Source of the DNA: an uncultured Thermoplasmata archaeon
GTDB taxonomy: Archaea > Thermoplasmatota > Thermoplasmata > RBG-16-68-12
Reading direction: 5' to 3'
NCBI GenBank assembly: GCA_963768855.1
Contig: CAVYJM010000007.1
Coordinates: 32,001-96,000, forward strand
DNA length: 64,000 bases
Positions 19,224 through 29,165 of this stretch are shown one piece after another. Under the pieces are notes generated by a model. The model made no database searches, had not been told where the DNA came from, and was given only the letters and a program-made list of their open reading frames with translations. Position 1 is the stretch's first letter. Each line of letters opens with the position of its first letter. The position numbers were made by a program, and so were the translations under genes.

Positions 19224-20060
19224 TCAGAACCGCTTCTCCACGTACTGCAGGACGCTCTCGAAGGCGGCCTTCCCGTCCCCGTATACCGGATCGCCGTCCG
19301 GCGTCCGGGTCCAGTCCGGGTGGAGGTGGCGGAAGAAACATCGCTCCGGGTGCGGCTGGACTCCAAAGACATTCCCTTCGCGGTTGCAGAGCGCCGCGAT
19401 GTTGAACGTCGTCCCGCTCGGGTTCCACGGGTAGCCCGCGTATGTCCCTTGGTCATCGACGAACCGGAAGACGATCTGGTCGTTGTCGATGAGCTCCTTG
19501 AGGAGCTTCTTCTTCCGATCCCGCGGGAGGAGGAATTTGCCCTCGGCGTGCGAGCTGATGTAGGTCACGACCTGTCCGTGCTTCAGGTTGCGCGTGAACA
19601 CGCAGGTGCCGCTGTTCTCGTGCTTCAACAGGCTCGGCCTGCACTCGTAGTGGCTGGAGTCGTTCGTGGCGAGGACCGCCTCGGGCTCGGCCGTCATGAC
19701 GCCTCCGAGAGCGGGGAGCAGGCCCGCCTCGACGAGCACCTGGAAGCCGTTGCAGACGCCGAAGACGGGTTTCCCCGCCTTCACGAAGTCGACGAGCGGT
19801 TTGGAGAGACGGGAGCGCATGCGCGCGGCGAAGATTGTGCCTGCCCGGACGTAGTCCCCGGCGGCGAACCCTCCCGGAATCATCAGGATATCGTAGTCCT
19901 CGAGGTCCCGGCGCAGCTCTGCGGGCGTGTCCCCGGTGAGTTGCTTGAGGTGGACCTTCTCGGCCTGCGCCCCGAGCAGGCGAAAGTAGTCCGCGGACTC
20001 CTGCTCGCAGTTCGTGCCCTCGATGTAGACGACGCCGACTCGGATCGAGGACCGCTTCAC
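19224..20060 (-). CDS. purQ: FGAM synthase glutaminase subunit
   Basis: IEGTNCEQE, PGGFAAGDY, GVCNGFQ, HAEGKF, PHPER. True start is GTG 20060, overlapping the purL stop. Confidence 0.96.
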   Translation of the reverse strand: MKRSSIRVGVVYIEGTNCEQESADYFRLLGAQAEKVHLKQLTGDTPAELRRDLEDYDILMIPGGFAAGDYVRAGTIFAARMRSRLSKPLVDFVKAGKPVFGVCNGFQVLVEAGLLPALGGVMTAEPEAVLATNDSSHYECRPSLLKHENSGTCVFTRNLKHGQVVTYISSHAEGKFLLPRDRKKKLLKELIDNDQIVFRFVDDQGTYAGYPWNPSGTTFNIAALCNREGNVFGVQPHPERCFFRHLHPDWTRTPDGDPVYGDGKAAFESVLQYVEKRF

Positions 20061-22396
20061 GAGACCACCACCTGCCTCGGGATCGCCTCGGACCAGGCCT
20101 TGCGCATCGCCGCGACCGGAATCGTAACCTGCTTCTTCGAGTTGCGGAACCGGAGGGAGCGCCCCCCGGTCCGACCCACGAAGGTCAGCGGCACCCCCTC
20201 GAGGAGATGCTGGAACGCGTCCTCCTTGCCCTGGACGACCTCGACGAGCCATCGGCCGTTCGATTCGGAAAAGAGCTGCACGTCCCACCGCGCCGGATCC
20301 ATGGCCGCGGTGTCCAGCGCGGCGCCGAGGTCTCCCCCGAGGCACATCTCCGCCGCCGCGACGGCTAGGCCGCCGTGACTCAGGTCGTGGCACGCGGCGA
20401 CGGTCCGCTGGTCGATGGCCTTCAGGAGATGGTCCAGGGAGGCACGCAGGCCGTGCGCGTCCGTCGCGGGCACCGTGCCGCCCACCCGGCTCCGGGCGCG
20501 GAAGTACTCGGAGCCGCCGAACTCGTTGTCCGTGCGACCGATCAGGAAGAGGGCGTCCCCCTCCCTCTTCAGGTCCGAGGTGACGCACTTCCGGAGATCC
20601 TCGACGATGCCAACACCCAGGATCACCGGAGTCGGTGGGGACGGTCCGAGCGCGGACTCGTTGTACAAGGAGACGTTCCCCGAGGGGATGGGGACCCCGA
20701 GCGCCTTCGCCGTCTCCCCGATCCCGCGCACCGCCTCGCGGAAATACCACAGGCGGTCGGGCTTCTCCGGATTCCCGAAGTTCAGGCAGTTCGTGAAGGA
20801 GTGGGGCCGCGCGCCGACCGCCGCGAGATTCCGGCACACCTCGTCGACCGCCGTGGCTCCGCCGCGGTACGGATCGATGATCGTGAAGTTCGAGGTCGAG
20901 GAAATCGCGATCGCCAGAGCTCTCCACGATTCCGGGAGCGGCCGGATCACGGACGCGTCCCCGTGGCTCGCGCGCCCGATCACTCCCTGCATGGGCTTGA
21001 GGACCGTCGACGCGCGCACCTCGTGGTCGTACTGCCGGATCACGTACTCCTTCGAAGCGACGTTCGGGGAGGAGAGGAGCTTGAGGATCATGGAGCGGTA
21101 GTCGCGGGGCTCCGACGGCAGCCGGGTGTCCTGACGGGGCAAGTCCTCCGGAGGCGCGTAGGGCCTGCGGTACTCGGGGCCGCCCGTGTAGAATTCGATG
21201 TCGAGGTCGAGCACGAGCTCGCCGTGGTACCGGACGCGGGTGTGCTTCTGCGAGATCACATGGCCGATGACAGTCGCCGGGACGTCGTAGAGGTCGAAGA
21301 TCTGCAGGACCGCATCCACGTTGCGCGGGGCGACCGCGAGCATCATGCGCTCCTGGCTCTCGGACACCCAGATCTCCCAGGGGTCCAGGGCCTGCTCCTT
21401 GAGCGGGACCTTCTCGAGATCCACCTCGGCGCCGAAGCCACCGGCGAGGGCGAGCTCCCCGACGACACAGGAAAGGCCGCCGCCGCCCAGGTCCTTGAGC
21501 CCGTCGAGCAGCCCGCGCTGCGCTGCCTCGACGCATGCGTGGATGAGCGGTTCCTTCAAGATCGGATCGCCCAGCTGCACGGCCCCGCCCTCCCACTCGT
21601 GCACCGCCTTCTCCGTGAGGTCGATGCTCGCGAAGGTGACGCCGTGGATCCCGTCCCGCCCGGTGCGGCCGCCGCAGAGGATGAAGACGTCCTCGAGGGA
21701 CTTCACCCGGTTCTTGACGATCTGGGACTTCTTCCCGAAGCCCACGCATGCGACGTTGACGACGATGTTGCCGACGTATCCCTCGTCGAACACGATGCAT
21801 CCCGCGACCGTGGGGATCCCGACACGGTTGCCGTAGTCGCGGATCCCCGCGACGACGCCGCCGAACAGGTACTTCGGATGCTTGATCCCGGGCGGGAGCT
21901 TGTCCATGGGGAAGTCGAGGGGACCGAAGTGGAGCGGGTCCGCGAGGGCGATCGGCTGCGCGCCCATCGCGAGCACGTCCCGCAGGATGCCGCCGATCCC
22001 GGTGTTCGCGCCGCCATACGGTTCGATCGCGGAGGGATGGTTGTGGCTCTCGATGCGGAGGGCGTACGCATGGTCCGCGTCGAACTCGACGACGCCCGCG
22101 TCGCCCCGGTCCAGGATGTACGGCGCCTGGACCGGGAAGATGAACTCCCGGAGGAAGACCTTGGAGGACTTGTAGCAGCAGTGCTCGGACCATGCCTGGC
22201 CCAAGGCCTGCAGCTCGACGTCCGTCGGCTCGCGCCCCTCCTTGCGGAAATACTCCCGGACCGTCCGCATCTCCTCGACGCTGAGGGCCAGCCCCATCTG
22301 GTCGCTGACCTGCGTGAGCTCCTCGTCGGCCGCGTCGCGCAGAAGAACGTCGTGCAACGGGAACGGGAGGTCCCTCGCGCGGAATCGCCCCGCCAC
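20057..22396 (-). CDS. purL: FGAM synthase synthetase subunit
   Basis: WSEHCCYKSS, ESHNHPSAIEP, DLGGGG, SESQERM, LNFGNPE, SGNVSLYN. Start GTG 22396 is tentative. Confidence 0.97.
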   Translation of the reverse strand: MAGRFRARDLPFPLHDVLLRDAADEELTQVSDQMGLALSVEEMRTVREYFRKEGREPTDVELQALGQAWSEHCCYKSSKVFLREFIFPVQAPYILDRGDAGVVEFDADHAYALRIESHNHPSAIEPYGGANTGIGGILRDVLAMGAQPIALADPLHFGPLDFPMDKLPPGIKHPKYLFGGVVAGIRDYGNRVGIPTVAGCIVFDEGYVGNIVVNVACVGFGKKSQIVKNRVKSLEDVFILCGGRTGRDGIHGVTFASIDLTEKAVHEWEGGAVQLGDPILKEPLIHACVEAAQRGLLDGLKDLGGGGLSCVVGELALAGGFGAEVDLEKVPLKEQALDPWEIWVSESQERMMLAVAPRNVDAVLQIFDLYDVPATVIGHVISQKHTRVRYHGELVLDLDIEFYTGGPEYRRPYAPPEDLPRQDTRLPSEPRDYRSMILKLLSSPNVASKEYVIRQYDHEVRASTVLKPMQGVIGRASHGDASVIRPLPESWRALAIAISSTSNFTIIDPYRGGATAVDEVCRNLAAVGARPHSFTNCLNFGNPEKPDRLWYFREAVRGIGETAKALGVPIPSGNVSLYNESALGPSPPTPVILGVGIVEDLRKCVTSDLKREGDALFLIGRTDNEFGGSEYFRARSRVGGTVPATDAHGLRASLDHLLKAIDQRTVAACHDLSHGGLAVAAAEMCLGGDLGAALDTAAMDPARWDVQLFSESNGRWLVEVVQGKEDAFQHLLEGVPLTFVGRTGGRSLRFRNSKKQVTIPVAAMRKAWSEAIPRQVVVS

Positions 22397-22571
22397 CTTG
22401 TCGCCCCGAGAATGGCAAGGGCACACGGTACATTAGGCTTCGCGTCGAAGGGAAAGGACTCGCGTGATCCGGAGACGGGGAAATCGACTTAGCGACGCAG
22501 CGCCTTCGCGTGCGGAGTCACGACCGTTCGGTGGTGACGCGGGGCACGAACCCGCCGCGGGGAGGGAGCCC

Positions 22572-22868
22572 ATGGTCTCACAGCTGCGGATGTACAAAGC
22601 GAAGGATGGTGAGCTCGAGGCATTCATCCGGGAGTGGCGGGCGCAGGTCCTTCCGCTCCGTCGCAGGTTCGGGTTCCGGGTCGAAGGGGCCTGGGCCATC
22701 CGGGAGCGGAACGAGTTCATCTGGATCATCGCCTACGACGGACCGGAGGACTTCGAGACGCGCGACGCCGAGTACTACGCGTCCCCCGAGCGGAAGGCCC
22801 TCACTCCGGATCCGGCGAGGCATCTCGCCCACATCGACACGCGTCTCATGACGTCGGTCCTGTCGTGA
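22572..22868 (+). CDS. NIPSNAP-family protein
   Basis: QLRMYKAKDGELEAF..FGFRVEGAW..YYASPER pattern. Confidence 0.75.
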   Translation: MVSQLRMYKAKDGELEAFIREWRAQVLPLRRRFGFRVEGAWAIRERNEFIWIIAYDGPEDFETRDAEYYASPERKALTPDPARHLAHIDTRLMTSVLS

Positions 22869-22968
22869 CCGGCTCGGTTCGCTGGGCGTCCGGGCATTGT
22901 TTAAATAGCGCGGGGCGCCTTTTCCGCGGTCGGACGGGGCCGCTTGGCCGTCGTCCGAGGGGAGCTGG

Positions 22969-23988
22969 ATGGGGAAGGAAGACCGCGACCAGTGGATCGT
23001 GAAGTGCCCCAAGTGCGGGCGGATCGACGGGTCGTGCCGCCACGTGTCCCGTGAAGACGTGCGACGCATCCTGCGGCTGCTCAAGGCGGGCATCGAGGTC
23101 TTCCCCGCCGAAGACGACGAGCCGGAGATCCCGGAGCCCCACGTCCACGAGCCCACGCACCTCGCCCATGTGGTCAAGCCCCGCTTCGCCTGGTCCGACC
23201 TCGTCCTAGCCGCGGGGACGCAGGAGGCCCTCGAGGACGCCCTGACAGAACTCCGGCACAAGACCCTCATGTACAAGGGCTGGGGCCTTCGCAAGGTCGT
23301 GAAGAAGACGAAAGGGCTCTCCCTCCTGTTCGCAGGCCCGCCCGGGACGGGGAAGACGATGGCCGCGGAGGCCCTCGCGCACGAGCTCGGCCGTCCCCTG
23401 CACATCGTGAACTACGCGCAGATGGAGAACATGTGGGTCGGCGAGACGGAGAAGAACATCGAGCGCGTGTTCGCCAAGGCGGTCGAGGACAACGCGGTCC
23501 TCTTCTTCGACGAGGCCGACGCGGTCTTCTTCCGGCGCGGGTACATGACGGCCCCGTGGATGAATCGGGACGTGAACGTCCTACTCAGCCACATCGAGAA
23601 CTTCCCCGGAGTCGTAGTCCTGGCCACGAACCTGGCCCGCACGCTCGACAAGGCGCTCGACCGGCGCATCGACATCGCCGTCGAGTTCCCGATCCCGGAT
23701 GCGGCGATGAGGCGGGACCTGTATCGCCGCTGCGTGCCGGAACGGGCGCCGCTCGCGAAGGACGTGAACTTCACGGTCCTGGCCCAGCGGTATCCGCTGA
23801 GCGGCGGCTCGATCCTGAACGTCGTGCGGCAGGCGATGCGGAGCGCCCTCAAGCGGGGCAAGAGGCACCGCATCACCCAGGATGACTTCCTGCGCGCCGC
23901 CGAACGGGAGACGAAGAAATCGACGCTCCTCTCGCAGGACCATCTCCAGCCGAGCCTGCGGCAGGAGCGGATCCGCGGGTACGCGTGA
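22969..23988 (+). CDS. AAA+ ATPase (SpoVK/COG0464-like) with N-terminal zinc finger
   Basis: GPPGTGKT, WVGETEKN, LFFDEAD, LATN, ALDRRI; CPKC..CRH N-terminus. Confidence 0.9.
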   Translation: MGKEDRDQWIVKCPKCGRIDGSCRHVSREDVRRILRLLKAGIEVFPAEDDEPEIPEPHVHEPTHLAHVVKPRFAWSDLVLAAGTQEALEDALTELRHKTLMYKGWGLRKVVKKTKGLSLLFAGPPGTGKTMAAEALAHELGRPLHIVNYAQMENMWVGETEKNIERVFAKAVEDNAVLFFDEADAVFFRRGYMTAPWMNRDVNVLLSHIENFPGVVVLATNLARTLDKALDRRIDIAVEFPIPDAAMRRDLYRRCVPERAPLAKDVNFTVLAQRYPLSGGSILNVVRQAMRSALKRGKRHRITQDDFLRAAERETKKSTLLSQDHLQPSLRQERIRGYA

Positions 23989-23997
23989 AGCCGCCCC

Positions 23998-24300
23998 TCA
24001 GGGGCGCTTTTTCGACGGTTTCGAAGCTCGCGCGGCCGGACCTGCGCCGCCCGCTGCATCCTCCACGGCGATCGTGTAGCTATGCACGACAGGGTTCGCG
24101 AGAAGGCGGCGGCACATCTCCTCCGCGGCGACCTGCGCCTTGGGGCCGCTCGATGCCTCGAGGTCGATCAGGAAGAGCTTCGCGCTGTGGACACCGCGGA
24201 TTCCCTTGAATCCGAGCAGGTTCAGGGCCTTCGCCACGTTGTCCCCCTCGGGGTCGGTGACGCCCTTCTTCAGATGCACTTCGATCCGCACGCGCATCAT
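23998..24300 (-). CDS. purS: FGAM synthase subunit PurS
   Basis: LKKGVTDPEG, MCRRLLANPVVHSY. Confidence 0.93.
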   Translation of the reverse strand: MMRVRIEVHLKKGVTDPEGDNVAKALNLLGFKGIRGVHSAKLFLIDLEASSGPKAQVAAEEMCRRLLANPVVHSYTIAVEDAAGGAGPAARASKPSKKRP

Positions 24301-24434
24301 GAGCCTCCGACGGGGGATGGTCCGCCCCTTCTTAGGCCTTTCCCGCGCACCTCCCGGTGGGCTCCGCACGGCAGCGGGGAATCGCGCCGAAAACGTTTTA
24401 TGGTCGCACCGTGGCATCGCCCTCGGAGAGCCTT

Positions 24435-24950
24435 ATGTTCCAGCCCACCGACGGACACCAGGGCGAGCAGACCCTCATGACCATGAAGCCGACGCGGTAC
24501 ATCGCGTTCCACTACTACGTCCTGTTCGTCCTCTCCCTGATCCTCGCACCCCTCGTGTACTTCCATCCATGGTACTTCGACCTCATCCCGCGCGCGACGT
24601 TCGGGCCGGTCAACACGGACCTCCTCCTCGTGGCTCTCCTTCTGATCCTCGCTCTGTACTCTCTCGTCCGCGCCGAGCTCAAACGCGCGACGACGTTCTA
24701 TGTGATCACGGACAACAAGATCATCCGCAAGGATGGGATCCTGAGCAAGAACACCCAGATGGTCCCTTACACCCAGCTCGAACGGGTCGACTTGAACCAG
24801 ACGATCGGGCAGCGGATTCTCCACATCGGGACCGTGGTCGTGGACACCGGGGACGACGTGCTCCGAATCGACCAGATCTCCCACCCGGAGAAGGTGCAAC
24901 AGCTCCTGAGCGCCCGCCTGGGCCGGCGCGCGTACGTCATGCAGCGCTGA
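24435..24950 (+). CDS. Membrane protein with bacterial PH (bPH_2) domain
   Basis: Two TM helices, then YVITDNKII..GIL..QRILHIGTVVVDT. Confidence 0.85.
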   Translation: MFQPTDGHQGEQTLMTMKPTRYIAFHYYVLFVLSLILAPLVYFHPWYFDLIPRATFGPVNTDLLLVALLLILALYSLVRAELKRATTFYVITDNKIIRKDGILSKNTQMVPYTQLERVDLNQTIGQRILHIGTVVVDTGDDVLRIDQISHPEKVQQLLSARLGRRAYVMQR

Positions 24951-25027
24951 GCCGGACGGGCCCGCCGCGGGAGCTTTAGAAAGGGAAAAATAAGGACCCG
25001 CGGATACGCGGGCCCGGAGACACGGGC

Positions 25028-25270
25028 ATGAAGCTGTTCGCGACCGAGCTCACGGGGAAGACGGTCATGACCGAGGACGGCCAGATCCTGGGGGTCCTCG
25101 CGGACTTCATCATGGACACGAAGACGGGCAAGATCGCATCGATGCTCGTGAGGCCTGCGGAGAACATCGAGCCGCGGCTGTTCAAGACGGACGCGGAGGG
25201 CCGCCTCATCCTGTCCTTCAAGACGATGAAGGCCGTGAAGGACGTCGTCGTGACGCAGCTCGCCGAGTAG
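25028..25270 (+). CDS. PRC-barrel domain protein
   Basis: TELTGKTVMTEDGQILG..DTKTGKI..AVKDVVV. Confidence 0.88.
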   Translation: MKLFATELTGKTVMTEDGQILGVLADFIMDTKTGKIASMLVRPAENIEPRLFKTDAEGRLILSFKTMKAVKDVVVTQLAE

Positions 25271-25291
25271 GCGATCTGCAGGCCCGTGCCG

Positions 25292-25942
25292 CTACGGCCC
25301 TGTCAGGATCGGGAATGCAGCGATGATCCCGTTGAACACGAACTGCACGGCCACCGCCGCGATCAGGATGCCCATGATTCTCGAGAAGGCGTAGATTCCC
25401 ATACGCCCGACTCGCCGGAAGATCCGATCTGCGTTGGAGAGGAAGAGCCACCCGATGGTCATCGTCACCATGATTGCTGCAACGACGACGAGAACCTGGA
25501 AAGGGTCAAACGGCGTGTATGCGCCGGTCATCAGCACGATGACCGTCGTGATCGCGCCAGGTCCCGCGAACATGGGGATACCGAGGGGCACCACGCCGAC
25601 CATCTCCTTCTGGAGGGCTTCCTCTCGGTCTTGCTGGGTCAGCTGTGTTCGCGGGCGCTCCCCCTGCATCATCGACAGCCCGATTCGAAAAAGCAGAATC
25701 CCGCCGGCAACCTCGAACGCAGGCACCGTTGTCCCGAAGAAGGTGAAGATCAGCTTCCCCACGAGTGCGAAGACGATCAGCGTCCCGGTCGCCGCGAGGA
25801 CCGCCTTCTGGATCACGCGTTTCTTGAGTTCCGGCGTATAGTCCTGCGTCAGGATAACGAAGAAGGTCGTAGCGCCGAGCGGGTTCACGATCGCGAAGAT
25901 CGCGGCGAAGCTGGTGGTGATGAAGATGACGTCGACGGCCAT
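25292..25942 (-). CDS. MarC-family membrane protein
   Basis: FAIVNPLG, FEVAGGILL, VVPLGIPMFAGPGAITT, SRIMGILIAAVAVQF. Confidence 0.95.
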   Translation of the reverse strand: MAVDVIFITTSFAAIFAIVNPLGATTFFVILTQDYTPELKKRVIQKAVLAATGTLIVFALVGKLIFTFFGTTVPAFEVAGGILLFRIGLSMMQGERPRTQLTQQDREEALQKEMVGVVPLGIPMFAGPGAITTVIVLMTGAYTPFDPFQVLVVVAAIMVTMTIGWLFLSNADRIFRRVGRMGIYAFSRIMGILIAAVAVQFVFNGIIAAFPILTGP

Positions 25943-25973
25943 GGGGCGGGGGCACCCAGCACGTGACGTGCTA

Positions 25974-26732
25974 TTAGAACGTGTCGAGGACCTTGCGCGC
26001 GAAGGTGAGATAGCCCGTGTGGCCAAGGGCCGCGAAGGAGGGACGTACGCCGACTTCGCGCACCTCCATCTCGCGCTCGATCAGTTCCAGGGTGATCACG
26101 TCGATGAACGGCCGCTTGCGCAGCGCGGCGACCGTCTCCTTGACCTGCTCCATGTTGGGAGAGAAGGCCGCCAAGTGGCCGCAGGGCCGCAGGGCGTCCC
26201 ACGCCCCGGGTATCGCGGCCCACGGATCCGGGATGTCCAGGAAGACCGCATCCTGATCCCGCTCGCGGATGCCCGTCCGCACATCGCCCTCCCGGAACTC
26301 AACGACATCCGCGAGACCCGCACGATGTACGTTCCTCTGGGCCACCGCGAGGGCCTCCGGGCGGAGATCGTACGACGCGACCGACCCGGTCGGACCGACC
26401 GCGCAGGCGAGGGCGAGGGTGAGAGACCCGCTGCCGCTGCCGCCCTCCACGACATGCCCGCCGGGGCGGATATCCGCACGGAGGAGGAGCGACGCGATGT
26501 CCTTGGGCCCGATCGTCTGGGCCTCCCTTTGGAGGTTTGACAGCATGTCCATGGTCGACGCTTGGAGTACCAGGAACGGACGTCCCGCGAGCTCCACCCG
26601 ACGGCCCTCCTTTCCGCGCAGGCGCGCCAAGTCGATCACGCCAAGCCCATCCACCCGGACCGGACCTTCCGCCACCGGGAGCCAGAACCGGCGACCTTTT
26701 TCATCGAGCAAGACGACGGGCGCACCGGTCAT
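25974..26732 (-). CDS. trmI: tRNA (adenine-N1)-methyltransferase
   Basis: QTIGPKD, VVEGGSGSGSLT, FLDIPDPW, FSPNMEQV, HTGYLTFARK. Confidence 0.93.
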   Translation of the reverse strand: MTGAPVVLLDEKGRRFWLPVAEGPVRVDGLGVIDLARLRGKEGRRVELAGRPFLVLQASTMDMLSNLQREAQTIGPKDIASLLLRADIRPGGHVVEGGSGSGSLTLALACAVGPTGSVASYDLRPEALAVAQRNVHRAGLADVVEFREGDVRTGIRERDQDAVFLDIPDPWAAIPGAWDALRPCGHLAAFSPNMEQVKETVAALRKRPFIDVITLELIEREMEVREVGVRPSFAALGHTGYLTFARKVLDTF

Positions 26733-26827
26733 CGGGCGGCCGAGCGGCGCGAGCCCCTATGTGCTTTTCGCTCCCTTCGATTCGTTGCGGAAAGCGTTAT
26801 CCCGCCAAGGCGGTTATCCCGCCGCAC

Positions 26828-27946
26828 ATGGCGGTGCGAGGGGGCACGGCAACGGCTGAACCGAGCCGGCGTCCGCGTCTCTCCCGGCGGACCTTGCGCA
26901 TCCTGTTCCCATTCCTCCTCGTCGGCGTGCTCGTCATCATCTCGGGCCTCCTGTTCGGCGCGGCCGGCCTGAACAGCGCCATCCAGGGTGTGGTGGATGC
27001 GAGCATCCTCATCCCCGGGGCCATCGGCCTGTCCCTCCTCTACGGGATCCGCAAGTTCGCGAACTTCGCGCACGGGGAACTCATGACCCTCGGCGGCTAC
27101 ACCGCCTTCCTCCTGAACGTCCAGATGGGCCTGGCGCTCTTCTGGGGTTTTTTCGTCGCGCCGATCGCCCTCGCCGTCGTCGGGATCCTCCTGGAACTGC
27201 TCATCTTCTCGAAGCTGGAGGGACGGGGGAGCATCCCGCCCCTGGTCGCTTCGATCGGCCTGTCCCTTTTCCTGCAAAGCCTCGTCTCCGTGATCTGGGG
27301 CACGAACATCAACTCATACCGCTACGAGATCCCGCAGAACTGGGTCGGAATCGGCGGCCTCACCCTGAACCCCCTCAAAGGGGCGTTGACGATCGCGCTG
27401 GCGGCCATCTTCATGGTCCTGGTCCACGCCCTCCTGACCTGGACCACGCTGGGGAAGGCGATGCGGGCGACCGCGGACAACATGGACCTCGCCCGGACCA
27501 CCGGGATCCGCACGCGCCAGGTCATCCTGTGGACGTGGGTGATGAGCGCCGCGCTGGCGGGCGTGGGCGGGATCCTGATCGGGATTGCACGGGATGTCCG
27601 CCCCACGATGGGGTTCGACCTGCTGCTGCTCATCTTCGCATCCGTGATCCTGGGGGGCATTGGCTCGGCCTACGGTGCGATGCTCGGAGGTCTGGTGATC
27701 GGCCTCGCCACGGACATGTCGATTCCCTACCTGCAGTGGCTCGGGGCGCATGCGGGCGTCGTGAACGCTACGGCCTACAGCCCCGCGATCGCCTTCATCA
27801 TCATGGTCATCGTCCTCCTCGTCCGGCCGGAGGGCATCCTCGGAGTCCGGAGGGAGCGTGGGGGGACTGGGGCCGTCCGATGGCTCCTCTCCCGACTGAG
27901 GCGGCGGCCAGGCACCGAGCCGCCGGTGAGCCCGGAGGCGGAGTAG
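26828..27946 (+). CDS. livH: Branched-chain amino acid ABC permease, LivH-like
   Basis: FANFAHGELM, TLGKAMRATADN, VILGGIGS. Confidence 0.9.
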   Translation: MAVRGGTATAEPSRRPRLSRRTLRILFPFLLVGVLVIISGLLFGAAGLNSAIQGVVDASILIPGAIGLSLLYGIRKFANFAHGELMTLGGYTAFLLNVQMGLALFWGFFVAPIALAVVGILLELLIFSKLEGRGSIPPLVASIGLSLFLQSLVSVIWGTNINSYRYEIPQNWVGIGGLTLNPLKGALTIALAAIFMVLVHALLTWTTLGKAMRATADNMDLARTTGIRTRQVILWTWVMSAALAGVGGILIGIARDVRPTMGFDLLLLIFASVILGGIGSAYGAMLGGLVIGLATDMSIPYLQWLGAHAGVVNATAYSPAIAFIIMVIVLLVRPEGILGVRRERGGTGAVRWLLSRLRRRPGTEPPVSPEAE

Positions 27947-27947
27947 C

Positions 27948-29165
27948 GTGGCCATCGCGGACATCAGCGGCTTCCCGATCGAGTTCGCCTTCTTCATGAC
28001 CTTCGCATGCGTCTACGCCCTCCTCGCGATGGGACTGAACGTCCAGTGGGGCCAGACGGGGCTCTTCAACGCAGGGATCGCGGCCTTCTATGCGATCGGG
28101 GCCTACGTGACCGCGATCCTGATCACCGCACCCGCACCCTCGATCGCGGGCATCTACCCGGGCCACCTCGGCGGGTTCTCCCAAAACTGGCTCGTCGCGC
28201 TACCCGTCTCCGCGCTCCTCTCCGGCGCAATCGGGTTCCTCATCGCGATCCCGACCCTGCGCCTCCGTACGGACTACCTGGCCATCGCAACCCTCGGACT
28301 CGGCGAAGTTATCCGGCTGATCCTCCTCAACGACGCTCCCCTGACCGGCGGGACCATCGGGATCTTCTTTATTCCCAAGATGTTCGCGAACTTCAAGTTC
28401 ATCCCGCAGGGGTGGCAGCAGATCCTCATCGCGGTCGTCGCGGTCGTGATCGTCGTGGTCACGCTGCTCATCCTGGAGTACCTCGGCCGGAGCCCGTGGG
28501 CCCGCGTCCTCAAGTCCATCCGCGAGGACGAGGACGCCGCGGAGGTCCTGGGAAAGGACACCTTCGGCTTCAAGCTGCAATCCTTCGTGCTCGGCTGCAT
28601 GGTCATGGGAGCGGCCGGCTCCGTGTTCACGGTCTTCCTGATCTACATCGAGCCCGCCCAGACGTTCGCACCCATCGTCACCTTCACGGTCTGGGCGATG
28701 CTCCTGCTCGGGGGCAGCGGGAACTACAAGGGCGCGATCCTCGGCGCCTTCCTCTTCTATTTCATCGACTGGGAGACGATGCGAATCCAGATCGGGCTGA
28801 GCGGGACCACCGGCATCCCGTCCGTCACGCCCCTCCTCTCCCAGTCCGCCGCGCTGGCCGTCACGATCCTCCCGTTCGTCCTCCTGAACGCCGTCCTGAT
28901 CCTGGGATCGGTCTATTGGCCGCGGCTGCGAAAGCGGGGCGGTCTGAATCGAAAGCGCGTCATCAGCCTGACCCTCTGGGCGATTGGCGAGGGCATCCTC
29001 GCGTGGACCCTCTACTACTCGTTCCTCCACCCGAACTATCTCTCGGACAACATCGTCTACTTCCGGGTCATGCTCGTCGGCCTGATCCTCATCCTGATCG
29101 TCGTGTACCGCCCCCAGGGCCTGATCCCCGAGAAGCTCCTCACGGTGCGGAGGCGATCCACGTGA
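27948..29165 (+). CDS. livM: Branched-chain amino acid ABC permease, LivM-like
   Basis: GQTGLFNAG, LRLRTDYLAIATLG, IREDEDAA, GGSGN, PQGL. Confidence 0.9.
   Translation: MAIADISGFPIEFAFFMTFACVYALLAMGLNVQWGQTGLFNAGIAAFYAIGAYVTAILITAPAPSIAGIYPGHLGGFSQNWLVALPVSALLSGAIGFLIAIPTLRLRTDYLAIATLGLGEVIRLILLNDAPLTGGTIGIFFIPKMFANFKFIPQGWQQILIAVVAVVIVVVTLLILEYLGRSPWARVLKSIREDEDAAEVLGKDTFGFKLQSFVLGCMVMGAAGSVFTVFLIYIEPAQTFAPIVTFTVWAMLLLGGSGNYKGAILGAFLFYFIDWETMRIQIGLSGTTGIPSVTPLLSQSAALAVTILPFVLLNAVLILGSVYWPRLRKRGGLNRKRVISLTLWAIGEGILAWTLYYSFLHPNYLSDNIVYFRVMLVGLILILIVVYRPQGLIPEKLLTVRRRST

Noticed and set aside
20061-22433. 1069-aa ORF suggesting a giant PurQ fusion
   Set aside because: The N-terminal 790 aa is an Arg/Gly/Pro-rich alternative frame overlapping purL; PurQ starts at GTG 20060.
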